Of a DNA stretch of 64,000 nucleotides, positions 9,259 to 19,660 are shown piece after piece. A program made the position numbers and the translations under genes. Position 1 is the first letter of the stretch. Every line of letters begins with the position of its first letter. The notes below the pieces were generated by a model that saw only the letters and a program-made list of their open reading frames with translations, was not told where the DNA came from and did not search any database. Source of the DNA: Candidatus Bathyarchaeota archaeon (lineage in GTDB: Archaea > Thermoproteota > Bathyarchaeia > Bathyarchaeales > Bathycorpusculaceae); the NCBI GenBank assembly GCA_963775685.1, contig CAVZJV010000005.1, positions 1 to 64,000 of the forward strand, read 5' to 3'.

Positions 9259-9764
9259 TTAAGAATTATTTTGTTCACTTCTGCGCTGGTCAAGAATAAC
9301 GTTATCCAAAGTAACAAAAGCAATAATGGCCGTGTCGTTTGAGCTTATGTATTGGTATGCTTCATCACCCACGATCGACATAATTGTTCCCCTGAACGCC
9401 CTAACCTCGCCAGCTTTAAGCGGTACCGTAATAGTACCATTTTCATAGGTACCATCAAAATAATTTCCAACTTGGAGATCGCTATTGTTATGGAACATTT
9501 TAACGTCCAATACTAAATCACTCATGTTATCTACACCTTTATTTTCTATTGTAAGGTTAAAGCTAGAACCATTACCAAACCACCTACGTAACTCTACCCT
9601 CTGTTTATTGAAAAATCAGTTATCTTTATGGTTGGTTGATTTTGTTTAGAATTATTTGGAGCATTTATTTGGTTGAAATAGGAGTGTAAAAATCGCCAAC
9701 GAAACTATTAGTATTAGACTAATTGAAATTATGGTATAAACGACCTTTTTATTCGTTTTGACAT
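9259..9764 (-). CDS. N-terminally anchored extracellular protein, frameshifted
   Basis: A KKVVYTIISISLILIVSLAIFTLLF anchor lies upstream of the 9259-9525 ORF in another frame. Confidence 0.5.
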
Positions 9765-10071
9765 TTTTTGAATAGGATGTTTGCGTCAAGTAGTTTTCAA
9801 CTTATGTGTATTCTATCTATAATACAAACTCGGCTAATATCGCTAAAGAGTTTTTTCGTTATATTCGTTTACTAAATCATAGTCATTATCTAAAGGTCTT
9901 TGCACAAGCAAAATACCAAACACCCAATCCCCAAAAAAGCTTATAACTAGACTGCAACAAGAGTGAAGATAGGGAATAACAAGTAATCCCAGCTAAAAAA
10001 TTACTTTGCCCTAAGGCTGGGGCGGCGACATCATCCCCAGCGAATTAGCACCGTCTCGCAATGATAAAGCT

Positions 10072-10390
10072 TCAGGGTTTCTTTACAAAACGCCCTGTCT
10101 TAGTATCTCTGTATCGGTGTTGTATTCTGCCTCTAATGCTTACTGTCTCGTGCCTCCAAGAAATATTTGGAGAGCAAGGAAAATAGATTGTATTTCTTCT
10201 TCTGAATCCGTCTCGTAAGTCTCCTATTCTTCTAGCTTCATATCTTAAAGCATCCAACTGCTATAAGTCGGAATCCACTTTTGACCAGCCCAGCGTCCAA
10301 AAGCTAGCTCTAACTGCCTAAAAGACTCAAATCTGCTTACATCGACATCTTCTTCGAATCGCGGAATGCTTCAGGAAACCTATCAGTCAT
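10072..10390 (-). CDS. Basic virus-like small protein, frameshifted
   Basis: Reconstructed across two shifts as MTDRFPEAF..FEEDVDVSRFESFRQLELAFGRWAGQKW..QLDALRYEARR..RYRDTKTGRFVKKP. Confidence 0.5.
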
Positions 10391-10407
10391 AGATAATTTT
10401 TCCCCCT

Positions 10408-10905
10408 TCACCCAGAAAAACAGTTAAGCCTAAGCTTTTGGATGTCTGTGTCATAGAGTACTCTTTCGCAAGTTTTTGGAAATGGAACACTGTAAGACGG
10501 CAAGAAGGCAACAACTTTTTGCAGCGGTCTACCTTGTTTACTGTTGGTTCTAAGTGTTGATTTGCCTTGTTTAACTGTCCACCAAAAGAAGTTGTAATCC
10601 AGCAGTTTCTTATCAAGTAACATTAATTGCATTCTAATATAATCAGAAAAACTAACATGGCAAAAACACCAAACTCGAAAACTTCTATCTTTATATGAAG
10701 TAACAAAAATATCCGACAAATTGTAACTTGCCTGTAACTCTTCAAGTGCAGAAACACATTCATCTAAACTGCAAATTTCAGCATCAAAAAATGGAGTATG
10801 CAGACTATCCTCTTGAAGTGAAGTAGTACCTTCTAAACTTTGAGTATGCGATACCATAACAAAAAGTGTAGCATTAAATATTTTAATTCTAAAATTAGCT
10901 CTCAT
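10408..10905 (-). CDS. Hypothetical protein with weak archaeo-eukaryotic primase (AEP)-like motifs
   Basis: HTPFFDAE and DIFVTSYKDRSFRVW loosely recall AEP motifs I/II. Its start overlaps the upstream ORF. Confidence 0.4.
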   Translation of the reverse strand: MRANFRIKIFNATLFVMVSHTQSLEGTTSLQEDSLHTPFFDAEICSLDECVSALEELQASYNLSDIFVTSYKDRSFRVWCFCHVSFSDYIRMQLMLLDKKLLDYNFFWWTVKQGKSTLRTNSKQGRPLQKVVAFLPSYSVPFPKTCERVLYDTDIQKLRLNCFSG

Positions 10906-11098
10906 TTGCTTGCTTCTCCCTGTATTTTTCTGTGCAGTCTTTACCGCAAAAAGTCAGAGTTTCAAGTATCGGCTTATCACAATTTTTACAAGTATTCTTG
11001 TGTGGATGCTTCTTTGCATATTCAGCTAAAGTTTCTGGTTTATCATCAGTTGTATTTTGTTTTTCTGTTTTTGATAAGTTGTAATTTGCCGTTTCCAC
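10895..11098 (-). CDS. Small Zn-ribbon protein
   Basis: CKNC...FCGKDC. Confidence 0.55.
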   Translation of the reverse strand: METANYNLSKTEKQNTTDDKPETLAEYAKKHPHKNTCKNCDKPILETLTFCGKDCTEKYREKQANES

Positions 11099-11181
11099 AA
11101 GGGACTATGTAACCTATTTGCTTAGTTCAGAATTCAATTTAAATATAGGGTAGGTAGTCGGAAACGAACATATGACTTGGC

Positions 11182-11439
11182 TCATTTTTGTTCACCAAAC
11201 CATTTAATAAACCATTTTTCTCTTGCCAGTGTTCTTTCGTTCATAGCTTCACAGGTTGCTTTCCAATCCGGGTTTTCGTATTCAGTATTAACCCATTTTT
11301 CGGTGAAAAGCGGCATTTCTTTTTTAACTTCATCCAAAATTTGTTTTATTTTAGCATTTGCAAGTTCAGAAGTATTATACCCTTTATATGATAATTGTTC
11401 AATCGGAATTAATTCTTCGTAAAGTCTGCCTTTAATCAT
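11182..11439 (-). CDS. Small hypothetical (virus-like) protein
   Basis: 85-aa charged helical ORF ending KWFIKWFGEQK, co-oriented with the cluster. Confidence 0.5.
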   Translation of the reverse strand: MIKGRLYEELIPIEQLSYKGYNTSELANAKIKQILDEVKKEMPLFTEKWVNTEYENPDWKATCEAMNERTLAREKWFIKWFGEQK

Positions 11440-11915
11440 GTTTTGCGCCTATCTTCCTTATTTGCTTAAAAAGATTTTAAGCATTTGCATTTATTCGTGT
11501 TATAGCAATTTGGCTTCAGTTGTTGACTATTTAGAGCATGAAATAAAGAAAATTAGTTATGGCGATTTTGTCCTTGGCATTAAAATTTACCCCAACCAAC
11601 CAAAAATCTATAAAACAGTAACAGCTACTTCAACTTTTTACTGCAACTACCATTTGTAGCCTCAGCCTCACAGTCACACACACTTAAACCAACCGCTTGA
11701 ATAGAACAAGAACGTAGCTGAATAGTGCTTGGCGTAAAGAAGGGCGGAGCACGAAACATGCTAACCGTTTCAACTTTAGAGAATTGAACTAACATGTGGA
11801 CTATCAACGGATTGCAATTAAAAGTTTCAAATGACAACCTGCACATGTACCTAAGGCCATAGTCAAAACTTAGGCTTGGACATTTTTTAGCGTATTTTAG
11901 GAGGTGTAACAAATT

Positions 11916-12125
11916 ATGTCAGAACAAAAAATAGACGTCAAGGAACAGATACAGAAGATGAGCGAGAAATGGAGTGAATTCCAGAAAACTTGGGTTTCGC
12001 ACTTCAAAGACATGGAAGTGGATGTATTAGAATGGAACTTTGGTGTTGGAAAAACCGGCGAAGACACTATCTTTGAAATGAAAGCTAAGGTCGCGGTAAG
12101 ACAAAAGAAGCAGAGTGCTTCTTAA
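11916..12125 (+). CDS. Small hypothetical protein
   Basis: Strong GGAGGTG RBS and natural composition. Confidence 0.7.
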   Translation: MSEQKIDVKEQIQKMSEKWSEFQKTWVSHFKDMEVDVLEWNFGVGKTGEDTIFEMKAKVAVRQKKQSAS

Positions 12126-12258
12126 CGCACTTAGACTGAGTTAACACCTGTTTCTTTAAGACCAGGACTCATTTTTTTTTACAGTTGATGGCTAAGCCCT
12201 TCTTTTGTTTGTTCATTTTATTAATCTTAATCACTAAAATCTCAGTGTCGGGTGTACA

Positions 12259-12759
12259 TTGTTAACTAAAGATATGAAAACAAAAAAAGCAAATGACGAA
12301 ATAGACAAAATAGCACAAAGGATTTTGCTAGAGCTTGAATCCGCAAGTTCCACAGATTTATCTGACGCCCGTTATGCAAAAATGATGTTACGTTTGTCAG
12401 ATGCCCATTACGCAAAAGGAGTGTTGCAAGACATGTGTGATAAATCTGGAGCGGAAAATGAGTTAGAGAAAAGAGCAGTGATCAAAGTTCTGCTATTTTC
12501 TACTTGGTTGCAGCGACTTTATTTTATAATAAGATCTTTTCTAATGGGGCTCATAAGTGCTGCGGCAACATATCTTATTGTATGGTATCTTGGTTCAATA
12601 AATGTCATTGAAAGCATAATAATCGGCACGTTTGTGTTTGTATTTTCCCTGGCTATGACAAGATTATTTGATACCCAAATAACGCAAGCTACAAAAAAGA
12701 TAGTTGAACTAATGACTAGCCATAGAAACATTAGGGATTTTATCATGAAACACTTCTAA
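12259..12759 (+). CDS. Membrane protein
   Basis: Helical N-domain followed by two transmembrane segments. Confidence 0.7.
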   Translation: MLTKDMKTKKANDEIDKIAQRILLELESASSTDLSDARYAKMMLRLSDAHYAKGVLQDMCDKSGAENELEKRAVIKVLLFSTWLQRLYFIIRSFLMGLISAAATYLIVWYLGSINVIESIIIGTFVFVFSLAMTRLFDTQITQATKKIVELMTSHRNIRDFIMKHF

Positions 12760-13066
12760 TTCTAAAAATTCTGCATGACATTCTACATATTAATTTGAAG
12801 TTAAATGCTACACAGTATCTTGTATAGGTTTTCAGAAATGAAGAATCTATTTCGCGCATGAGGATAGATTGTGTATGTGAGTATTTGACAAATATTTGAG
12901 CGGTTAGTGTAGTTAAAAGATAGATATTTTTTGCCTTTGTCTTTTTTGGAGAACTACGTTTTTGGTTGGGTTCCCGCGGATAATACATCCATGAAATAAT
13001 CTCAAACTTCCCTTTACACATCGATTTCATGTTTTGCTATCGAAAGGATTTGTTTGATTACGATAA

Positions 13067-13238
13067 TTAGGAACCAATGACAAAACCAACAACGAGTCCT
13101 AAGTCTATAGGCAGCATGCCTACGAGAAGTACCCTATCTCGCACTGCTATAGGACCATATGTATCTGCAATACCCTTCAAAAGGTGCCAAAGAGCTAAAA
13201 GGGTACCCGTTTTTTTACTTTTTTATTTAGGCTAACAT
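13067..13238 (-). CDS. Tail-anchored microprotein A (ADTYGPIA motif), 5' end frameshifted
   Basis: Reads TLLALWHLLKGIADTYGPIAVRDRVLLVGMLPIDLGLVVGFVIGS*. Paralog of 14954-15129. Confidence 0.6.
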
Positions 13239-13307
13239 GCTCCCAAACTTAATAATAAAAAAATGAAAAGATAGCCAAACCAAAATTCCTATCTACCCAC
13301 CTACACG

Positions 13308-13604
13308 CTACGTAGGTCTTAGGTAGACCGCTAACTGATCTTTTGTTACCTTAAGGTTTATTCCTTTTTCGCTACAGCATAAAACCCCTTTTTGCAACGC
13401 AGAAATCGCCAAGGTATTTCTTGGCAGATCAAACAACGCAGGCTTTACCCCAAGAATTTGTTCAGTAGCTTCCTTAGTTAATTCGATTTCAAGATGAGTT
13501 ATTTTCCACTCTTCAGTATCCATAACGACGTCTTTAACTTTACCTATAACAAAACCATTTGCGCCAGTCACAGTTTGGTTAACTAATTCATTAAATTTCA
13601 TCAA
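13308..13604 (-). CDS. PRC-barrel domain protein
   Basis: ELVNQTVTGANGFVIGKVKDVVMDTEEWKITHLEI. Confidence 0.85.
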   Translation of the reverse strand: MMKFNELVNQTVTGANGFVIGKVKDVVMDTEEWKITHLEIELTKEATEQILGVKPALFDLPRNTLAISALQKGVLCCSEKGINLKVTKDQLAVYLRPT

Positions 13605-13824
13605 AATCTACTCCAATCAAAACATAACGAATTTTTCCCTATAAAGTTTGCCGTTGCTAATCGGATGCAAGCATTTGTTAACCATCCTATCCACCATACT
13701 TTTTAAGAAATACAGCAAATCCTGTTTCAAAGGTTTATTCCCCATTCAATTCCACATTTTTCCAATAAAAAAACTGGAACTCACCCGTCCAAATTTTTGT
13801 TTCACAATGGTTACGTTAAGTCTA

Positions 13825-14847
13825 TTATGGATGAGCCCAATTCAGAAAGGACCCAAAATCATACGAAAGTACCAAAGAGGGTTCTACATAGCAGTGAAGA
13901 GTACATTCCTGACAGTTTTGTGTGTCTTTCCAGTCAAAACATGATATGGCCTTTTTAATACTGGTATCAAAAACAGAAATGGTTTTAGCATATTCATTCC
14001 GAACATAACAAGGTAAAACCAAATACCCTTCAGGACTTACATTAATCGTGGACCAAGGTTTGCAGGTCCATTTCTTCTCTTTTGCAATCACTCCAAAATA
14101 GCCAATTGAATTTATCAATGGAAAACCTTTATTCTTTAATTCAACAAGCTTTCCGGTTATCTCTCTGATTTTAAGTCTAGCGGGAGTTGACGCGTCTGTT
14201 TCATAGTATTCATGAGCTATTGCCACAGATATTTTTACATTCAATCCTTTTGCCAACTTTACCAGATCTTCAATCTCATGGATATTCTCGTTCATTATTG
14301 TCGTGTTAATAATCACAGGAACCTTTTTTGAAGCTGCAATGATACCTTGAAGTGTTTTTTTGAAACAGCCATGTACACCCCTGATAGCATCATGAGTTTT
14401 CTCTAATCCATCCAAGGAAACGTAAATTGCGCCATTGATGTATTGTGATATATCATCTATTTTAGATTCAAGAAGAGTGCCATTGGTAACTATGCTTGTT
14501 TGCAAAGGCAGAGATCTTGAAAATGCCAGAATTTTGTTTAAGTCCTTTCTTAGTAGCGGTTCTCCGCCTTCAAACGCGATCGCGCAAACACCCGCATCAT
14601 AAATTTGTCTCAGGATTGCTTTTTCCTTATCAATACTTAAATCTCGATTAGTTCTTTTCCAGAAGGGGCACATTTTGCATCTGAGGTTACAATTATAAGT
14701 TAATTTATGTCCGCAAAACAGTGGAGCCCTTACGCCTAACACGTTTGAAAGCAACCCTCGACTTATTCTAAGACCTAACCTTAAAGTTTCCTGACAATGC
14801 ATAGTTCCGTTTTCATGAACTGTTTGAGGGCTCAATATTTGCTTCAT
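13825..14847 (-). CDS. Radical SAM protein, archaeal PTO1314-like family, with C-terminal Cys cluster
   Basis: GHKLTYNCNLRCKMCPFW (CxxxCxxC), FEGGEPLL, SLDG, and C-terminal C..PCY..CQECTLHC. 340 aa. Confidence 0.85.
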   Translation of the reverse strand: MKQILSPQTVHENGTMHCQETLRLGLRISRGLLSNVLGVRAPLFCGHKLTYNCNLRCKMCPFWKRTNRDLSIDKEKAILRQIYDAGVCAIAFEGGEPLLRKDLNKILAFSRSLPLQTSIVTNGTLLESKIDDISQYINGAIYVSLDGLEKTHDAIRGVHGCFKKTLQGIIAASKKVPVIINTTIMNENIHEIEDLVKLAKGLNVKISVAIAHEYYETDASTPARLKIREITGKLVELKNKGFPLINSIGYFGVIAKEKKWTCKPWSTINVSPEGYLVLPCYVRNEYAKTISVFDTSIKKAISCFDWKDTQNCQECTLHCYVEPSLVLSYDFGSFLNWAHP

Positions 14848-14953
14848 TTCTAATATCCTTTAAATTTAACTGAACGCGCAATCGGTAAATTTTAATCTAA
14901 AATTTATTCTTATCCTTGGACTTCGTTACATTCTCAGGGAAGCATTACAAAGC

Positions 14954-15129
14954 TTAAGAGAATATAAAGCCAACGATGAAGCCAACAATGAGTTCTATAC
15001 CTAGTGGAAGAATGCCCATCAGAAGGGGGTCCGTATTGAATTGCTATGGGACCGTATGTGTCTGCTAAAACACTTTAATGCTCTCCATCGTTTATGTATC
15101 TTAGTGTTAATATCCTCCCTTCTTCTCAC
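14954..15129 (-). CDS. Tail-anchored microprotein B (ADTYGPIA motif), two apparent indels
   Basis: Reconstructed as MRRREDINTKIHKRWRALKC/LADTYGPIAIQYGP/LLMGILPLGIELIVGFIVGFIFS*. Both shifts fall in short homopolymer runs. Confidence 0.6.
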
Positions 15130-15728
15130 GACAAATATCAAAAAACTCATTTTATTCCAAAGACCAGTTCACTAAAGTTCGAGTTCAGATAAGCAGATTT
15201 GGAGTTTTTGAATACCTAACGGCTCAAACTTGTTGTCGTATTTGTATTTGGTGGCTGAAAACGTGGAGTCTTCAACGATGAGCATACAGTGGGTGCACAT
15301 AATCATATCATCCCAAGCAAATCAAAAGCGAAACCCGCTCATCCCCAAACCATATATCCCTAAGAAAACTCGTAAATAAATCTCCCGGGCACCTCGATGT
15401 GTTTAGTTAAATCCTTATTTAGATGTCTGTTTTTTTGAAGACGTTTCGATTCATTTTGGGCTGCCCATAGTTTCCATCGAAGCCCTCACAGTCAAAGCCT
15501 GCCGTTAGTTAGACCTTGGCTTCAGAAGCAAGGATGCAAAAAGGAGATAAGCGTGCCTTGTTGAAGCAAGGCGTGGCACTTCTGGCAAAAGGTCACTTTT
15601 TTTTATCTCTGTTTCCACTCCTTTTTCCCTTTGTTTTTAGTTTGGTTAGTTTTCTTTTCGTTTTCCGGTTTGTTTTTTGTTTTGCTTTTTATTCTGTTTT
15701 CCCTCCTTAGCTATCATGCTACACTGCA

Positions 15729-15778
15729 CACTTATTCGGTTTGCCTTCAGTATCCTCGATTCGCTCACCGAATAAGTG
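15729..15778. repeat. Perfect 12-bp inverted repeat with 26-nt spacer
   Basis: CACTTATTCGGT (15729-15740) and ACCGAATAAGTG (15767-15778). Confidence 0.75.
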
Positions 15779-15859
15779 AGAACAACACGATAATATTTAT
15801 TGAGAAATTTCAAAGAGCAACTCACTAAATTTTTATGTTAAAGAAGTAATATACTATTT

Positions 15860-16510
15860 GTGCCTAATTACTCCAAGAGCCCAGTCCTAACAGCTAACGA
15901 TGAAGAATATACAATGCTAATCGAGGTTAGTGAGGAATTTGAGAAACAAAAAATCGACAAAACCGCTCGCGAGAAATCTGGAAGCCCAACAGAAATCGTT
16001 TTACGCAATCACCTCTTGAGAAGAAATCTGAACCTTTCAATGAATCCAAATGTCACAATCCAAGAATCTAAAATCAAGAATAACATGCTTCTTTTGAAAA
16101 ACGGTGTAGACCCAAACCAAACAAACTACCCGCCTATCCAGGTAAAGATGGTAATAGAGGTTAAGAACAACGCTGTCGGTGGCAAAACACTGAAGGACGG
16201 AAAGCAGGAAGACCCAAACAAGGTGCTACGCACTAAATTCAACGAGCTTGAAGCAACTACCAATGTAAAAAATTTTGCTGTTATCGTTTTTTCTGAAATG
16301 CTGCTTCCACCCAGAACGCCCTACAAATGGCGATTTAAAGAAGAAGTGATTGCAAAAGAGAACTGTAAAGTCTTTACCTTAGCTGCCCGTCAGCTGTATC
16401 CTCCTGGCGGACTCTACATCAAATCCAGCATAGAGAAAATGCTGCAGAAAGGTCAGATGAAAAAAACCGGAGAATTTCAGAAGCTGATCAATTACCTCAA
16501 ATGCTTGTAG
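15860..16510 (+). CDS. Hypothetical protein, possibly restriction-endonuclease-like
   Basis: PTEIVLRNHL helix and VKMVIEVKN (ExK) motif. Confidence 0.5.
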   Translation: MPNYSKSPVLTANDEEYTMLIEVSEEFEKQKIDKTAREKSGSPTEIVLRNHLLRRNLNLSMNPNVTIQESKIKNNMLLLKNGVDPNQTNYPPIQVKMVIEVKNNAVGGKTLKDGKQEDPNKVLRTKFNELEATTNVKNFAVIVFSEMLLPPRTPYKWRFKEEVIAKENCKVFTLAARQLYPPGGLYIKSSIEKMLQKGQMKKTGEFQKLINYLKCL

Positions 16511-16648
16511 CGATAAAGGCACGTCTCATCGAATAGGTTAAGTTTATTTGAACTAATTTTTGTGATCTAACGGAAAGTCTTCCTAAACATGATAAGAGAG
16601 GCGCCACATTCACAAGAATTTTTCCATGTTAATAAGGTGCGGTGTTAG

Positions 16649-17042
16649 ATGCTCTCGATTTTAGCAAATCCCCAACCGAAACATTTCCCGCAGGGCATTC
16701 TTAAAACGGGCAACAAAAAACCCTGAGAAAGTACTTGCTGAATTCGCCCATTCGGCGTCCAAATCCAAAAAACCGAACCATCTTCGGTTTGGAAAAAGAT
16801 CTGAACAACTAAACCCTGAAGAACCGATTAAGGAAAGGTGTGCGTCTCCAAAAACAGAACAAGCAAAGTCAGTGCAAAATACCAGTATCAACGGAAAACC
16901 CCGCACACCAGTGATCATAGCTAACTGGGACAAAGGAAAGATCGTCTACTTTGACTTCCAAGCAAAAAAGTCCCTACCACAATTTGATACTCTTCTTAAA
17001 AACACCAACGAATGGCTTCTAGAAACGACTAAATCGCCTTAA
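16649..17042 (+). CDS. Hypothetical protein, frameshifted in the CCCC run near 16670
   Basis: ATG 16649 gives MLSILANP, then a long open frame NRNISRRAFLKRATK...WLLETTKSP*. Confidence 0.5.
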
Positions 17043-17127
17043 AACAATGACCGCTAAGAAACAGGTTATTGCTGATTACGAATTCATAAAGCATAAGGCC
17101 CTAAGAACACAATAAATCAGAAACGCA

Positions 17128-17394
17128 ATGACGACGCCCAAATCAAACCTTAACCGCAAAGGCCACTTTATCTTCCACTTTTTAGGCTTAAGCTGCATAG
17201 GCGGCGCAATAATCCTTCAAGTTGTGATGTTTTCCAGCATTCTTCTCCAGGGATACTTTCGGGGAGTGGAGAGCAATCCAACGATCCTTTCATTTGAAAT
17301 TGTGCTTACAGCCTACGGGTTATTCTATTTTTTCTACATGTATCATCGGTTGATCCTCTCGTTCAAACTAACGCTAACTAACAGAAAAAAATAA
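17128..17394 (+). CDS. Small two-helix membrane protein
   Basis: Two hydrophobic segments. Confidence 0.65.
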   Translation: MTTPKSNLNRKGHFIFHFLGLSCIGGAIILQVVMFSSILLQGYFRGVESNPTILSFEIVLTAYGLFYFFYMYHRLILSFKLTLTNRKK

Positions 17395-17638
17395 CAGCAC
17401 CTCTATTGCCCAAACCTTATTTTCCTGTAAGGTTTTTGGATTAGAGCTAATCAAACCAAAAACTGAACAAAGCAGAAATCCTGGTGTATGGACTTCAAAA
17501 CCAATAACAAATTAGACCATATTGTCCGTGGATTTTTATGGAAAGGCATGTATTAGTAATTACAAGTCAATATAACGAAAGAGCATATAACAGATCGAGA
17601 ATATTGCATTAATTAATAGATTACAAACTGAGTGGAAG

Positions 17639-17851
17639 GTGTCAAAAATGAGTTTCCTGAAGAAGTCCCTACGACGAATGCGACATGGAGTTCCAAAAAT
17701 GGATTTCTTGAAGAATAACCATGAGGACTGCGCTAACTTTGATAATGGAACTTGCAAGTTTTTCCATTTTACTAATGTGGATCCTAAAGGGGCGGCTTGT
17801 CCACATTTCAAAGTCAAAAAGAAAACAGAAAGCACTAAAGAAACTGAATGA
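17639..17851 (+). CDS. Small Cys/His-rich putative metal-binding protein
   Basis: HEDCANFDNGTC...ACPHF. Confidence 0.6.
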   Translation: MSKMSFLKKSLRRMRHGVPKMDFLKNNHEDCANFDNGTCKFFHFTNVDPKGAACPHFKVKKKTESTKETE

Positions 17852-17993
17852 TCGATCAGACACTTTAACGTAGGTTAAAAGAACCTACAGAAACAACCTA
17901 CAAAGCACGCAGTTCAATCATAGCCGATTCGAGGAAAACAAAAAACTCAAATCGTATCTATACTCAACTGTAAGGAGGATATGTGTTTAACAA

Positions 17994-18780
17994 ATGATGC
18001 CAGTATTATTTATCGGCCATGGTTCCCCTATGAACATAATTCTCGATAACGATTACACCCGAAGCCTGGCCAAGGCAGCCCGAGGACTCCCTAAACCTAG
18101 AGCAATACCTAGTAATATCTGCACATTGGTTAACCAGCGGCACATACGTAACTTGTGTCAGTCAGCCTAAAACCATCTATGACTTCTACGGTTTCCCTGA
18201 AGAACTATACAAATTAAGCTATCCAAGTCCAGGAGCACCCCAAGACGCTCGATTGACAATAAATACAGTCAAGTCGGCAGAAGTAAAATGCGGCGACTGG
18301 GGACTAGACCATGCAGCATGGGCAGTTCTAAAACATATGTATCCAAAAGCAGACATCCCCATCTTTGAAATGAGTTTGGACTATTCACCCTACAACGATT
18401 GGAAACCAAAACCCATCCAATACCATTACCGCTTGGCATCTGAACTTGCTACACTCAGAGAAAAAGGCATACTAATCATCGGCAGTGGCAACATCGTCCA
18501 CAACTTAGGTCTAATAGACTACGACATTGATGCTAAAACGCTCGATTGGGCAGCTATATTTGATGATACAGTAAAACAAGCCTTACTTTCTCACAACCAT
18601 GAAAAACTGATTAATTACCGCAACTTGGGAAAAGAAGCCCTCAACGCTGTGCCAACCCAGGATCATTATCTTCCAATGATCTACACTATAGGGTTGCAAC
18701 AAAAAAATGAGCCCCTACGATTTATTCATGAAGGCTTCCAGCATGGTTCTGTTTCGATGAGAGCATTCCAAATTGGATGA
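17994..18780 (+). CDS. ygiD: 4,5-DOPA extradiol dioxygenase (LigB family), frameshift near 18108
   Basis: MPVLFIGHGSPMN, ISAHW, GLDHAAW, GSGNIVHNL and DHYLP motifs. Confidence 0.88.
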
Positions 18781-19076
18781 TAGCTATGCAGACTTTGACG
18801 ATTGAAGAAGTAGAGGAAACGAGAAAAATCAATACCAAATAGGTTTGTGCTGCTAAACAAGAAAACTAGGCGATGAGCCCAGATTAGACCAATTAGAGTG
18901 TCACTTTACCTATTTCATATATAATCAGATGTGAGTATCTTAGTAAGAATTTGTTAATCTAGAGTTTTCTTTTTCCAAATCAACGCCTGGGTCTCGCTCG
19001 TAGATCTAAGAACTATAACAGTAACGTTTCTTGTTGTTTAGCCTCTGCATTCTGAGCGCTTAAATTAAAGAAGATC

Positions 19077-19505
19077 TCAAACTTTACCTTTTTTCAATCT
19101 TTCATTCAAAGCTTCACGGATTGCAGCATTCAAAGCTTGGTTGACCGACTTAACAACCATGTCATCGATGTTCTTTAACGGTGTTGGGCAATCGTTACCA
19201 CATGAACTACACAACGGTGTTGGGCAATCCTCAGCTACGACTCTTTTGCCCAAAGAAGAATTTACCCACTGACTATATTCGGGAACAGCTTTTTCCACAG
19301 CTTCGTGTATTGTTGATTTTAGCTTCGCATACATTTCGGGGTCTATTTTTTCAATAGGAGGCAATTTTGCTAAAAGTGCTTTTACACGTATACTTTGCGC
19401 TCGGGTAAGTTTATTCCCCGAAACAACGACGGCTGATTTCTTTTTGGAAACTGTTTTAGAGGGTTTTCTAGCTCGGGCTTTTGTCCCTGATTTGTTTTTT
19501 GACAA
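19077..19505 (-). CDS. Basic 142-aa protein with duplicated DCPTPL Cys motif; candidate rSAM substrate
   Basis: Contains EDCPTPLCSSCGNDCPTPLK. An identical 17-bp repeat occurs at 19177-19193 and 19213-19229. Confidence 0.65.
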   Translation of the reverse strand: MSKNKSGTKARARKPSKTVSKKKSAVVVSGNKLTRAQSIRVKALLAKLPPIEKIDPEMYAKLKSTIHEAVEKAVPEYSQWVNSSLGKRVVAEDCPTPLCSSCGNDCPTPLKNIDDMVVKSVNQALNAAIREALNERLKKGKV

Positions 19506-19660
19506 AAAATCATTACATTATTTTTATGAATTACCACTTATTTATGTTTATTGTAAAGATGCTTAGTTAAGGTTAATTTTCAACTGCGTCTGAGTCGATC
19601 CTAGACCTACTTCTTTCAGAGATTAGCTTATTGTTATTAGAGTTTTCTCGGTTACGAAAT

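Noticed and set aside
11081-11135. Possible third copy of the terminal inverted repeat (TAATTTGCCGTTT..TAGTTCA)
   Set aside because: The spacing between blocks is 28 rather than 21 nt and part lies in a coding region, so it is likely chance.
15516-15828. Phe-rich ORFs in the track
   Set aside because: Artefacts of a T-rich low-complexity tract.
19177-19229. 17-bp direct repeat as a mini-CRISPR
   Set aside because: Only two units with a 36-bp period, in frame inside an ORF, and no cas genes.
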